A DNA stretch of 64,000 nt from Nemertoderma westbladi (taxonomy: Eukaryota; Animalia; Xenacoelomorpha). The position numbers and the translations under genes were made by a program. The DNA lies in contig JAUCBJ010005507.1 of assembly GCA_032718475.1 (NCBI GenBank), positions 1 through 64,000 of the forward strand, given 5' to 3'. Below the pieces are notes generated by a model. The model had not been told where the DNA came from, made no database searches, and was given only the letters and a program-made list of their open reading frames with translations. Shown here one piece after another: positions 51,301 to 63,526 of this stretch. Every line of letters begins with the position of its first letter. The stretch's first letter is position 1.

Positions 51301-52255
51301 GATGGGAATGTGGTAAGGTGGATGGGAATGTTGGAAGATGGGAATTTAGGAAGATGGGAATGTAGGAAGATGGGAATGTGGGTGGATGGGAATGTGGGTG
51401 GATGGGAATATGGGAAGGTGGATGGGAATGTTGGAAGATGGGAATGTTAGAAGATGGGAATGTAGGAAGATGGGAATGTAGGAAGATGGGAATGTGGATG
51501 GGAAAGTAGGAAGATGGGAATGTGGATGGGAATGTGGGAAGGTGGGTGGGAATGTGGGAAGGTGGGTGGAAATGTGGGTGGATGGGAATGTTGGAAGATG
51601 GGAAAGTAGGAAGATGGGAATGTGGATGGGAAAGTAGGAAGATGTGAATGTGGGTGGATGGGAATGTGGGAAGGTGGATGGAAATGTGGGTGGATGGGAA
51701 TGTGGGAAGGTGGATGGGAATGTGGGTCGATGGGAATGTTGGAAGATGGGAATGTTGGAAGATGGGAATGTTGGAAGATGGGAATGTAGGAAGATGGGAA
51801 AGTAGGAAGATGGGAATCTGAATGGGAAAGTAGGAAGATGGGAATGTGGGTGGATGGGAATGTGGGAAGGTGGATGGGAATGTGGGAAGGTGGATGGAAA
51901 TGTGGGTGGATGGGAATGTGGGAAGGTGGGTGGGAATGTGGGTGGATGGGAATGTTGGAAGATGGGAATGTTGGAAGATGGGAATGTTGGAAGATGGGAA
52001 TGTAGGAAGATGGGAAAGTAGGAAGATGGGAATGTGAATGGGAAAGTAGGAAGATGGGAATGTGCGTGGATGGGAATGTGGGAAGGTGGATGGAAATGTG
52101 GTGGATGGGAATGTAGGATGATGGGAATGTGGGAAGACGGATGGGAATATGGGAAGGTGGATGGGAATGTTGGAAGATGGGAATGTAGGAAGATGGGAAT
52201 GTAGGAAGATGGGAATGTGGATGGGAATGTTGGTGTATGGAAATGTTGCAAGGTG
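45345..52255. repeat. 6.9-kb G/A-rich satellite of 8/12/16-bp GGGAATGT(GGGAAGGT/TGGAAGAT/GGAT) modules
   Basis: Nearly C-free plus strand; contains a ~1.65-kb higher-order duplication (rare variants at 48111/49762 and 49220/50871). Confidence 0.97.
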
Positions 52256-52269
52256 GCACTTATGGTTGT

Positions 52270-52612
52270 TAATTGTTTTGGTTAGAAAAGCCCGATTCTG
52301 TAAACTGCTTTATTCCCTGAATAGGTAACAACATCGCTTATTGTTTTGGTTATAAAATCCTGCCCCTGTAACCTGCTACTTTCCCTCAATTGGTAGGTAA
52401 CAACAACATTTATTGTGCCGCCTCTGTAACCTGCCTCTTTCCTTCAATTGGTAGGTAACAACAACGTTTACTGATTTGGTTAGAACAGTCAGCCGCTGTA
52501 ACCTGCTCCTTTCCCTCAATTTGTAGGTAACAACATCGTTTATTGTTTTGGTTAGAAAATGTAATCTGAAACCTCCTCCATTCCTTCAATTAGTAGGTAT
52601 CAACAGCGTTTT
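52270..52612. repeat. ~65-70-bp degenerate tandem repeat related to the MITE interior (second array at 61225-61470)
   Basis: TTATTGTTTTGGTTAGAAAAG...TGTAACCTGCTCCTTTCCCTCAATTGG matches the MITE internal sequence at 32070-32125. Confidence 0.75.
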
Positions 52613-52704
52613 TTGATTTCCACATTCCCATCTTCTTACTTTCAAATCCACCTCCCCACCCCATGCTTCTTCCCACATTCGATTCGTTATCCACCTTCCC
52701 CCAT

Positions 52705-54020
52705 TCCCACCGACCGACCAACCAACCGCGTCACCCACCCACCGAGCCACCAACCGATCGAGCCACCCACCGAGCTACCTACCGACCGACCGACCAACCA
52801 CCCGACTGAGCCACCCACCCATCGAGCCACCTACATACAGCCACCCACCCTCCCACCGAGCCACCTACCGACCGACCGACCAACAAACCAACCAACCGAC
52901 CAGCCAACCAACCGAGCCACAACCCACCGAGCCACCTACAAACCGAGCGACCCACCGAGCCACCTACCAACCGACCGACCTACCAACCGACCGAGACACC
53001 CACCCACCGAGCCACCTACCTACCGACCGACCGAGCCACCCACCGAGCCACCTACCGAACGACAGACCGACCACTACTACTACTAGGATCGGCATGCTGC
53101 AGTGCAGCTGCATTTTTAAGAATGCTGTGCCGGCTTGTCGACAAAATTGCGCCGCCACAACTCCCAATCACCCATGACATTTGCTAGATCATCCGCATCT
53201 TCAAGGCCAGTGTCCTTTAAGATGCGTCTCAAGAAAGTCATGGGCTGTCCACCATGCTTATTCACTCCATGGGGCTGCCCAAGTACAAGATTATGCACTG
53301 GCTGGTCCTCACGGAGAAAGCAATGTCCTGCAAAGCGGGGGCGATTCTGTTCTAGTGTCAAGCTTGGGGGAACCAATGAGACACCTCCAATGTTATATAG
53401 TGTCTCGTTGGAGATGTGTGCATTGTACTTGACACAATGAACCCGGCGTAACATTCTTGTGAATGTGCCATCCAGAGATTTGGTGTCCTCTCCTCAGCAG
53501 TTAGAGCCCAGCATGGACTCCCATAGACGAGTACTGGAACTACTGCTGCTCTAAATAATCGGACCTTAAAGTTTCCGATTAATTCTCGGTGACTTCCAAA
53601 TCCTGGAAAGCCTATTCAAGGCTGCCCATGCCAACCGACAAACCAACCAACAGAACGAGCCCCACCCACCGAACACCTACCTACCGACCAACCAACCGAC
53701 CGACCAACCAAGCGACCGACCAACCAACCGACCGAGCCACCCACCTACCGAGCCACCTACCTACCGACCGACCAACCATCCGAACGAGCCACCCACCCAC
53801 CGAGCCCCCCACCCACCGAGCCCCCCACCCACCCACCGACCGACCAACCATTCGACCGAGCCACACACCCACCGATCCACCTACAGACCGAACGACCCAC
53901 CTACCAACCGACCGAGCCACCCACCCACCGAGCCACATACCTACCGACCAAGCCACCCACCCACCGAGCCACCCACCCACCGACCGACCAAGCCACCCAC
54001 CCACCGAGCCACCCATCCAC
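52705..54020. repeat. Degenerate CCGA/CCCA/CCTA tetranucleotide satellite split by a LINE fragment
   Basis: Low-complexity ACCGAGCCACCC runs on both sides of 53073-53630. Confidence 0.9.
53073..53630 (-). mobile_element. 5'-truncated RTE-like LINE fragment
   Basis: FKVRLFRAAVVPVLVYG...MLRRV...HISNETLY...RFAGHCF...W, typical of the post-RT C-terminus of RTE-clade elements; (TAG)n microsatellite tail at 53073-53086. Confidence 0.8.
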
Positions 54021-54021
54021 C

Positions 54022-54138
54022 AAGGAGCACACGGGTCGGGTTGAGTCGGTCTCCCAAGGGAAAGGAGCACACGGGTCGGGTTGAGTCGGTCTCCCAAGGG
54101 AAAGGAGCACACGGGTCGGGTTGAGTCGGTCTCCCAAG
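54022..54138. repeat. 40-bp tandem repeat, 3 copies
   Basis: AAGGAGCACACGGGTCGGGTTGAGTCGGTCTCCCAAG at 54022, 54062 and 54102. Confidence 0.95.
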
Positions 54139-54284
54139 TTTCCCGTTTACCAACGAAATACAATGAGATACAAATAATGGAAAATGTGGATTACTATTTG
54201 AAAAGTAATCAATAAGAATATTAAGAAAATTTTAATATGCCAAACATTTTAAATCATATACAGAGTTAAAAAATAAGATTCCAA

Positions 54285-54803
54285 TTAGTTTTCAATATCA
54301 AAAATACTATTTAAAATTTCATGTAATTCTGAGTCATTAACGCTTCGTGTGCGAAAGCGTTGCATAGCAACAGCCAGATGCAAAGCTAGCAGATGCTTGC
54401 ACATCAACCAATCAGGTTTACGGATAACAGAGAACTCGAAAGATGGGCATCGACAGTAGAGAAGCGCTGGTAGACAATGGTAGACATTGCCTGAAGTCCC
54501 CAATACCTCGAACAACCGACAGGTGTCGCTCTGCAGTTCAGTGACGCTGTCTTTTTCTACAAGGTCTAACGCTTGTACCAAAGGTCCCCTGAAAACCACC
54601 TGTAGAGCGCTGAGTAGGCTATCAGGAACCATAAGTATATTAACGCCCCCAGCGTGCGTGTCCCGCATTGGTGATCCAGTAGTACTCACACCAGTTGAAT
54701 CTGACTCTTCTGCTACAGACTGGTTACAGACCTTGGACAACTCGGCTAATAAATAATTAGCTATTTGCGGAAGTCGCCTCCTCTCTTGGAATTCTATCGC
54801 CAT
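54285..54803 (-). CDS. ZSWIM7: Zinc finger SWIM domain-containing protein 7 (SWS1, Shu complex), single coding exon
   Basis: LLSALQVVF...QALDLVE...FEVLGTSGNVYHCL...YCRCPSFEFSV...MCKHLLALHLA: CxC...CxH SWIM motif in the ZSWIM7 context. Confidence 0.92.
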   Translation of the reverse strand: MAIEFQERRRLPQIANYLLAELSKVCNQSVAEESDSTGVSTTGSPMRDTHAGGVNILMVPDSLLSALQVVFRGPLVQALDLVEKDSVTELQSDTCRLFEVLGTSGNVYHCLPALLYCRCPSFEFSVIRKPDWLMCKHLLALHLAVAMQRFRTRSVNDSELHEILNSIFDIEN

Positions 54804-55148
54804 TATATTATTTTAGTTCGAATAATTTATAAGATAGAGGATCTGCCTAACCGCATCCGGACAGCCATATGAAGTACATCATAGTAAAGAAATGAATAAT
54901 TATTAAATAATATTTATTTATATTAAAAATACTAGCAGCACAATAATTATTATAATTAAAAGATATCCGAATGAATGTAGGAATTATGTAAAGTAGAAAG
55001 AACTTCGTTTCTAGGTCAGTAGGTGATTAACGAAATAGTCTGACAACGTTAGCTGATAATAATTGATTGCTTAAGTAATTGTATCATCACAAGTTATACA
55101 ATACGTGTGTGGTGTGATCAAATTAAAATTAAAATTATAAAATTACGT

Positions 55149-55274
55149 ATTACATGGGAAAAAAACGTAGAACATTTTTTTTCCAATATTCTCTCGACCC
55201 TTTATTAACCTCGCTGACGTTCGGTAAATAAAATGCCTCGAGAATAATGAAAAAAAGATTTTCCCCATGTAATA
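55149..55274. mobile_element. Small palindromic non-autonomous element
   Basis: ATTACATGGG...CCCATGTAAT ends; core TCTCGACCCTTT...CCTCGCTG..GTTCGG...CCTCGAGAATA also present inverted at 31445-31525. Confidence 0.5.
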
Positions 55275-55940
55275 AATAATTATTAATGCTAAATTTATTA
55301 ATAATTACCAACGTAATTACTAATCTAGAATAAATAATGCGAATTCAAGAGAATAATCTTCTAGTTCGATGATTGCATATATATTTTATTACCGCATTTT
55401 TGGAAGACTAATTGGATAATTATTGTCATCAAATGCGGACATTGAAGTCTTTATTGTCCGCACTTTTGCGGACAAAAAATAAAACTTCAATCTGAATATA
55501 ATATAATACTATATATAACCTGTTCTATTGCTTTTAATTTATTCATTGTTTTGTTGGGATAGCGACAAGACCCCCCCCCCCCCCCCCTCCCGTCTCCAAT
55601 TCGGGGCATTTTAATACAACAAAAACAGTTCGAGAATAATTATCTATATAATAATAATTAAAAATACAAACAAAATTACTAAATAAATAATATTATGTTT
55701 CACTATATCTACAACACACTAATGGATAACTAACACTTCATATTGCTTGAATTTATTAGTTTAACGATCTATAATATTATCTATATATGATAACTAGGAT
55801 AATTACCCCCCTGAACAAAATTACTTTTATATTTACTATTTAATATCTGTTATTTAGGCAATTGTCAGGGAGGCAATTATCCTGTCATGTCAAAATCTAT
55901 AAGGAGCCTAATTGCACGATTATTATAAACGTTTAACTAT

Positions 55941-57329
55941 CTAACGACTCATATATGCGTGGAAAAACATTCCCACAAACAGCATAAACTCGTGTATAAA
56001 ACTCAGGTAGAAGGCGAGGTACATAAGGACATGTCGGAGTAGGCTGATCTCCCAACCTATATCCAACACAAAGGGCCCATCGCTAACGTCTCGAAACCCT
56101 GAAGTAACAGCAACGTTATTAAACGCGTAGATCCGAACTACCTCGGAAGAAGATTCCGATACGCTATAAAGGATAGCGATGTGTAGAGAGAGGGCTACGG
56201 AATACAGGATCTGGGAGGATATCATCCCTAGACTAAGGTAAACGTTGCGAATCATATCAGTTATCGCGGTGCTGCTTACTCTACCGGTTTCGCGCTGAAG
56301 AGCTTCAAGTTTTCGAGGAGCCGTGTCGAGATGACATTGGAGACAAGTTGGTAAGAGAAAGAGTTTAACTAGAGAGGATAACATTTGTACGCTAATGTGG
56401 ACTGTCTGGTAGTTATTGCATGGGATTACTGGGGTGTCTGGATGACAGAGGATGTGTTCCCTGAAGGATTGAACCCACATGCCAACATAGACGGAGTCAA
56501 GAACCGTGGCCATGTAGAAGGAGAACTTATATATGTTGGGACAGGTTGGGTTGCGAAGACTGTCGATAAAGAGTTTGGCGAAGCGGAAAGCGGGGAAAGT
56601 TAACAAGCTGCCGATAGCTGTGGATATTACAGTTAGAGTTAAACCGAAACACACGTACGAGTTAGTGGTACCGGTAGTGTTAGATTGCGTTATATTGTTA
56701 GAAGAATTAGTTAGATTTACGTACAACTGTCGGAGGTTTAGATTGAGGTATCGGTCTGGAAGAGCCACTATTGCCATTGAGAACAAAACATTGAAACACA
56801 TTGCCATGAGAAATGTGGAACGCTCGCCTACCAAAGAATCCGAGGTAAAATACAGTTTGGAGAAAGAAGATAAATTCTTTAAGATGATAAATAAGGCGAC
56901 CAGACTCCAAATGGCGCTGAGGTTGATACCTTGCCGAGCAGGAGGGGAGTAAAGACAATAAATCTCGGTGATAAAGAAAACAGCTGTTGAAAATAAACTG
57001 AAATCCAGGATAAATTGGAACTCACTGTAGTGAGGGAGAACAAGAACTTCTAAAATTTTTAGTCGGTGGCTTTTCAGTTGGATTTCCCCAGCCAACGATT
57101 TGGATACATTAACGACACCATCGCCTCGCGAATCACGAGATTTATCGGCGGGTTTACGTTTCGGTCGTTTGGTACCGGTAGCGAGTAGCTGTCTGTATGT
57201 GTCGTCGGTCGGCGGTAGGTAGCGGTGGAGCCCGGATCGAAGTATAAGATGGCCGATAATTGGCGAGAGTTTGGTGAGGAACGTGACGCAAACCAAAGAT
57301 ACAACCAGTTGTGTCCCAAGTAGAGCCAT
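55941..57329 (-). CDS. TMEM161B: Transmembrane protein 161 family (TMEM161A/B-like), single coding exon
   Basis: MALLGTQLVVSLV...LHRYLPPTDD...LPHYSEFQFILDFSLFS...GERS...LLTFPAFRFAKL...GRVSS match the TMEM161 family; true start is the ATG at 57329. A/B paralog assignment is not meaningful outside vertebrates. Confidence 0.9.
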   Translation of the reverse strand: MALLGTQLVVSLVCVTFLTKLSPIIGHLILRSGLHRYLPPTDDTYRQLLATGTKRPKRKPADKSRDSRGDGVVNVSKSLAGEIQLKSHRLKILEVLVLPHYSEFQFILDFSLFSTAVFFITEIYCLYSPPARQGINLSAIWSLVALFIILKNLSSFSKLYFTSDSLVGERSTFLMAMCFNVLFSMAIVALPDRYLNLNLRQLYVNLTNSSNNITQSNTTGTTNSYVCFGLTLTVISTAIGSLLTFPAFRFAKLFIDSLRNPTCPNIYKFSFYMATVLDSVYVGMWVQSFREHILCHPDTPVIPCNNYQTVHISVQMLSSLVKLFLLPTCLQCHLDTAPRKLEALQRETGRVSSTAITDMIRNVYLSLGMISSQILYSVALSLHIAILYSVSESSSEVVRIYAFNNVAVTSGFRDVSDGPFVLDIGWEISLLRHVLMYLAFYLSFIHEFMLFVGMFFHAYMSR

Positions 57330-57330
57330 T

Positions 57331-58334
57331 TCAGCTTCGTACAAACGTCTGTATCTGTTTGGCGATCGGTATTGCGGTAAAATAGGCCACCAGAACACAG
57401 AAGCTGACCATTACTGCATTACCATACAGCAGCAGGCCTACAGAGCTGCAGTAGTGCAGTACACCTACAAATATAAGATAAACATGTGGGAAGTGGTACA
57501 ATGACAATGAGATGTCAAAATACAGATAGAGGAGGAGGACTTTCGACGCACCCAAAATTCATCCCTCTCCAGGAGATAATCGACGCGAATTACTACTGTG
57601 GCAGTATTCTGTTTTACTATCAAAATTCGGTTGCGGTGGTATTCCTATTAAATATAGACTGTAAATAACAATGTGTTAACTATGAATACAACTGTTACTC
57701 CCAACTAAATGCACCCAAATGTTCCTCTGTCCCTAATATGACTTAAAATGACCGCTAATCCTTATCCTCTTCCCAATTTCCCATAATAACTATTAAGATT
57801 TTTTACGTAAATACCAAATACATACTGCAATACTGTATTGCTTCAATTTACTTTCGAAAAGTAAATATCATTTATCTAAGAGAATCGTAAAAAATTCGAG
57901 TCTGTTTCTTACTTACTAAAAGTGAAAAAAGTAAATTTTCTTTGGACGCTAGGCCAGGGATTACGCACAAAGTCTGACGACTTATTTCCAGTGCGGTCCC
58001 CCCAGAACTTTACTCCCCAGAGGAAACTCCAGTACTCATTTAGCTACCACTTAGCGCCCTGGCTGGTCCCTTTAAAGCATTCGTGCCGAAACGAAAACTG
58101 CCCTGGCCCATGTGAGGATCGAACCCACGACCTACAGGAGATGTGAATTCAATGCAACCACTACACCAAGGTGGAACCTAACTACTAAACCTAACCTACT
58201 AAATTACTTACTTAGCTACTAAATATATAAACGATTACCTAGGCATTTTAACACGACCAAACGTCTGAAGCAGGCCGGTAGGCCGAAAACGTTCACGTAC
58301 TACTGAACTTACCGCCAACACATAAGACCCTCAT
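57331..58334 (-). CDS. Predicted spliced 51-aa hydrophobic upstream ORF (58334-58313 joined to 57464-57331)
   Basis: ATG AGG GTC TTA TGT GTT GGC G|GTAAGT joins in phase to TTTGTAG|GT GTA CTG...AGC TGA, followed by A ATG of TMEM161. Confidence 0.45.
57925..58175 (-). mobile_element. tRNA-derived SINE
   Basis: Minus strand: A box TGGTGTAGTGG, B box GGTTCGATCC, then a non-tRNA body and a TTTACTTTTT tail. Confidence 0.7.
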
Positions 58335-59599
58335 ACTGTTAACAGTTTATTTACTCTTGTATAATTCTTATAACAGTAATATATTGTCAACCTTGCTTAT
58401 TTTGGTCCACACCGCCAAAGCAATGTCCTGTGAAGCGGAGGCGGCTCTGATCGAGACCCAAGCTTGGGGGGACAAATGAAAAATCTCTAATATTATAGTA
58501 TATAATATCTATTGATAGAGAACCTTTCTGCAGTTCGGACCTTTGTGGACTTCAGTAAGCATTGGACTCCATCCATAGAGGTAAAATGATGGAGATTATA
58601 TGAGCTTATGGAATACCAGAAGTAATAATGACTGGCATTGGATTATTATATTGTAACACAGAAGCTCAGGTAAAGTACTCTCAAACTGAGTGCTGAAACT
58701 GAGTTTTTATTAATCCTAACCGGGGTACCAAGGCGATACATTGACACCATTACTATTCAAATTGTATATATTACGTAATGACAATAGGGGAGGCAACCAC
58801 TGGTGAAATGACATCGCCCTGCTTTCTAATACGCTACAGTAGCAGATGCACAGCTTCAACAGTACTGAATAAAGTTGAGGGGGCTGCTAAGGAGCAGGGC
58901 CGCCGAGAGGGGTGGGGGGGGGGGGGGGGGGCATCCCCGGCACGGGATATGCTCAGGGGGGGCCGGAACAGGCCTCATGGGAAATTTTTTTAAACTTAGA
59001 CTAGGTAAACCGTCGTCTTGTTATTTGGAGCCCTTCATGGTGATTAAAATGATACAACTTCGTAAATATTAATTCCAGAACATGAAAATAATTGAACAAT
59101 TGGTGGACCAGCTTGTTGTATAGGTGAGTTGATTCTATCAGCAGTCTATTGGTTGTCTGGTTGTCTGGCTCCCTGCATATCAAGCTGACTCGGATAGCCC
59201 AGTTGATAGTTGAGGGCGCAAAGCTGGGAAAGGGCTTCCCCTTCCCACCAATGCTATAAAACAGTGTGTTTTTTTATATATTATTTATTAAGCCAACATT
59301 ATGGCACCAGTGAAATAAGTAAATAACGATCATATAAATTAAAGCACGATTAATTGTTAAAAATATACTAAGGGTAGAGATACTTATACCCAGATTTTTA
59401 TAATGAAATATTATAAAATACTGAGAGCGCTTAAAATATTTATTTGGCCCAATCGTTAAGAGATTTATTGTTATTTCGGCAACTAGTAAGGTGATATATA
59501 TCGGCTGTATCCCCGCAAATCTGGCAACTGCAATTTTCATCAGGTTCGCAGAAATCTTTTCTGGAACAGATCGCAAAGTGAAAGCCATGGACAGAGAAA

Positions 59600-60827
59600 C
59601 GCGTTAATACGTGGCGATTTCGTTTATTTGAATCTGTCCAAGTTCGGTTTGTCAATGCAGGAGAACTCCAAAATTCAGTGTGTATCTCAGCGCATTTTAA
59701 ATCAATATCTTGTAAATATTTGCGATACGCGTCTGTTTCCGGTAATTCTAAAGACGTGAAAATTTGAATAATAAGCGGCTTTTCTTGGCATAAGGCGAGC
59801 GTAAGTCGGTTCTTGGCGGTTTTATGCAGGCAAGCAATACCCTTTTGAGGTAGGTTGACTTAATCTTGTCAAGGGAATGAAGGTTGGTAGTTGACAGCAA
59901 TGGCCAAAGTTCTACGAAACCGTATGTTATGATAGGATAGATCTTCAATTGGAAAAGAGCAACAGCTGTACGAAGGGACAAGAGCTGAGGGGACTTGATA
60001 CTATGACTAGCCATTAAGGATTTGCAAACAATTTCAGTTACATGTTTGGTGAACCAGCGACGGTTGAAATAGAACTCCTAGGTATTTATATGAATTTGTG
60101 ATATATTAACTGGCTTTCCTCTGAAAGTAAGAGTCATTGGCACATAATTTTCCGTCTCGGCGGAATTTCATTATTTGTGTTTTCTTCAAATTTATTTCTA
60201 AACAGTTTTTGTAACACCATTCATTTAGAGCATCAAGAGTAGCTTGGATAGCCATTTTCGAATCTGAATATATCAGCAGGTCGTCGGCAAATAGCATTAT
60301 GACAATTTCGCCAATTAGAAGAGTTGCGTTTTTTATGAAGTCGACTAAATCCAGTATAAATAGTAGAAATAGGAATGGGCTGAGGGAATCTCCCTGAAGA
60401 ACTCCTTTAAGCTGTTCTATCGTCCGGCTTTTCCTTAGACCATCGTAAACCCGAATGTAATTTGCACCAAGTATTGCTTTTATAATTCTAAGAAGTTTTC
60501 CGCGGATACCGAATGACGATTCTAATTTAGACAATAGGATAGATCGGGGCACAGAATCGAAAGCTTTCGAAAATCGACGAAAAGAGCGTAAAGTGGCTTC
60601 TTTGGGGTTGATAAATTCGGTCTTATTCTAGAAATAAATTTTGCTAAAGGGATTTTGGTTGATTTCCCGGGCATAAATCCGAATTGCTCGGAAGGAATGA
60701 GAAAAGACAGTAGATTTCGCAGTCTCCTCTCCACGAGACGGGTTAAAATTTTATACATGGTACATAGTAAAGAGATACCTCTGTAGTTATCGGCGTCCGA
60801 ACGGCAGCCCTTCCCCTTGTACAACAC
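59600..60827 (-). pseudogene. Non-LTR retrotransposon reverse transcriptase, 5'-truncated and frameshifted
   Basis: NYRGISLL, QFGF, FVDFRK/AFDSV (frameshift), GVLQGDSLSPFLF and LFADD motifs across three ORFs. Confidence 0.92.
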
Positions 60828-62623
60828 GTGATGATGACCTTTGTCAAATGGGGGGGGGGGGGGGGGGTAAATTACACTTTTTCACATCAAATATTAAGGG
60901 GGCCAGGATTTTCCCCTCGACGCTAATATCTGCGGATTACTCCCAAAAATAAAGCTGTAAACTGTTCTACTGTATTTAGTTTCGTCTATTGTTTTAGTGA
61001 GAATAACGTGCCCCTGTAGCCTGCTCCTTTCCCTAAATTTGATAATTTAACATTGAAACGAAATAATAATTCGCCGAGATGGGATTTACGTCGAGTTTTC
61101 CCGCTGTCTCTGAACCGCGGTGTCACAGCATATTATTACATTACATTACAGTAACGCAGTACAGCAGTAGGCTCTATAATATGAGACTATACAATACCAG
61201 CAAATACGTACTACCGAAATATGTATTTTATTGTTTTGGTTAGAAATGCCTGCATCTGTAATCTGTTCCTTTCCACCAATTTGGTAACAATGTCGTTTGT
61301 TGTTTTGGTAAGAAAAGCCTGCTTCTGTAACCTGTTCCTTTCCCTCAATTGGTACCAATATCATTTATTGTTTTGGTTGGAAAAGCCTGCCTCTGTAACC
61401 TGTTCCTTTCCCTCAATTTGTAACAAATATCGTTTATCAGTTTATTGTTTTGGTTAGAAAAGTCCGCCTTTACTTTTACCCTTTGCATATCTTGTTATTG
61501 TATTTCTCATAGCCTATTCTTGAAGGAAGCGATTATCCGATGGTCAATATCGTCGTCAACTTTCTAAGTTAGTGTATTTTTGTCGGTAAGTTAGTCATCA
61601 ATCGGGTCGTTTAGATTAGATTCAAGGGGGACAAAATCTGCGAGAAGCAAGGGACAATATCTGCGCTAGCAGATTTGGTCTGTCGGGCAAAATATGCGGG
61701 GTGGGGGGGGGGGGGGGGGGGGCATTTTTGCCTGTCACACTAGAACCAACTTTTGTGGAAATTATGAAGCGCATGCCGGAAATCTTAGCAAATATCCACT
61801 GACAATAAATTGTCAATACTTCTCACTCATATCACATACAGTAGGCCTAATATAGTACAGTAATAACAGACTGGCAGGCCTAACTATCAGACTATCGACC
61901 AGCAATAATCGTACCTCCCTCAGCACTCAGTACCATACTGCCATAAGCCCTAACCTATAGCTAGCTGTATAGGCCTACATCGTGCAAGTTAACTGGTTTA
62001 TTTATGGAATCATTAGGCTAATACCGGATAGGTACAGAGGTAGGTAGCCTACCTAATCAAAAACGAAGTTCTTTCATACCTGCTACTGCCATTCAACAAA
62101 ATTAATAACATTCAAAATTAATAATGCCTAACTCCTAAGGTGGTAAGGTTGTCTAACAGTCTAAAGCGAAGATCAACTGGAACGCGATTATTACAACAAC
62201 TTCCCTAGATAACTTGCAATTTGAATGTTTAATGTACCAGTGCCGGTACTACCAGTACCGGTAGTAATTGCGTGGCGAAATCTTTTGGATATGTTGCTTA
62301 GAAAAACATGCCACTGTAACGTGCTCTTTTCCATTAATTGCTAATTTAACATTGAGACAATGTATTAATTATTCGTCGAGATGTGATTAGCGTCCAGTTC
62401 CCCCCCCCCCCCCCCCCCCCCCCCGTCTGCCTGTCTCCATTTCCGAATATGACTTTTGGTAAATTTTTCTGTTCCCACTGCCTTGGGATCGGATACAGGG
62501 ATAGGCAGATAGGCCCAGTAGTTGGATATACCGGTACCTGATCTGTTGATGGTGTAGGCCAACTGTTAAACCGGTAGCTCCTATTGTTTGTGGGACATTG
62601 TAGACGATCAACGGGTGATTAAA

Positions 62624-63526
62624 ATGTCGTCTTTCTTTAACAAAATTAGTAGAAGGAAAGATCAGGTAGGTAAATAATTTATAAGATACTAATTGCAAAT
62701 ATGTATTTATTATTTATTAGGTCCTATATTAGTATTTATTAGGTCCTATATTAGTATTTATTAGGTTCTATATTAGTATTTATTATTTATTAGGTGTTTA
62801 TATTAAGATAACAATTCAATAATTACATATGTTTTTATTTCTAACTTAATTACTATAAATATTAAATATTTTTTAGGATATAGAAGGTTTTATATGTCCT
62901 GATTGCCGTATCGCTTGTTCCTCAGCTGAGGACTTACAGACCCACTACCTATCCCATGGCGATGTCGCCAACTCGGCAGACAGCCAATGGCCTACAAGAC
63001 CTCCAGGAGCTGAGGTCAGTGCCCTAAAGGCCAAGATTAATGACCTTGAAACCAATCTCTTTGTAAGTTTGTTTGGGTTATTTACGTTTGAGCTACCGAA
63101 GTTGGCGGAGTCTGACACTGTTAGGGGGGTGGGTCAATATTCGCCAATAGGGCCTGCTATTTGTTGTTGTTGTCAACTGCGTTACCATTTTGACCGGTTA
63201 ATAAATTTGTCGAATTTACCGAATAATCCAATATTACACAGAGATGTTCCTCTCACTATGCATTCGTTATATTATATTTATTGCCATGTGTATCGCATTA
63301 TTGGGTTCCCTAGGTTACATTTACGAGGTTTCTATGGTTTCCCCTTTATTAGGAGAAGTCGTCCGCTCTGCACAACTGCAGCGAGGAGATCAAGGTATTT
63401 AAATCGAACAAGGAGATGGTTTCCTCTGAGGTCGTTCTACTCCGTAAACAACTGGTTGAGTCCATAGAGTCCGGACGGCAGTATAAAGACAACTTAGATA
63501 AAGTGCAGATGAAGACAGCTAATATG
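62624..63526 (+). CDS. EEA1: Early endosome antigen 1-like gene, first three exons (62624-62665, 62877-63062, 63353-63526); continues beyond window
   Basis: All phase-0 GT-AG junctions; MSSFFNKISRRKDQ|DIEGFICPDCRIACSSAEDLQTHYLSH (EGFICP C2H2 finger of the EEA1/rabenosyn type) followed by coiled coil (EVSALKAKINDLE; SSEVVLLRKQLVES). FYVE domain not in window. Confidence 0.8.

Noticed and set aside
45205-52259. His/Pro-rich 700-1200-aa ORFs and many Trp/Gly-rich ORFs
   Set aside because: Translations of a strand-skewed satellite in several overlapping frames.
57330-57398. N-terminal extension of TMEM161 shown in the ORF track
   Set aside because: Begins at a non-ATG codon; family similarity starts at MALLG (57329).
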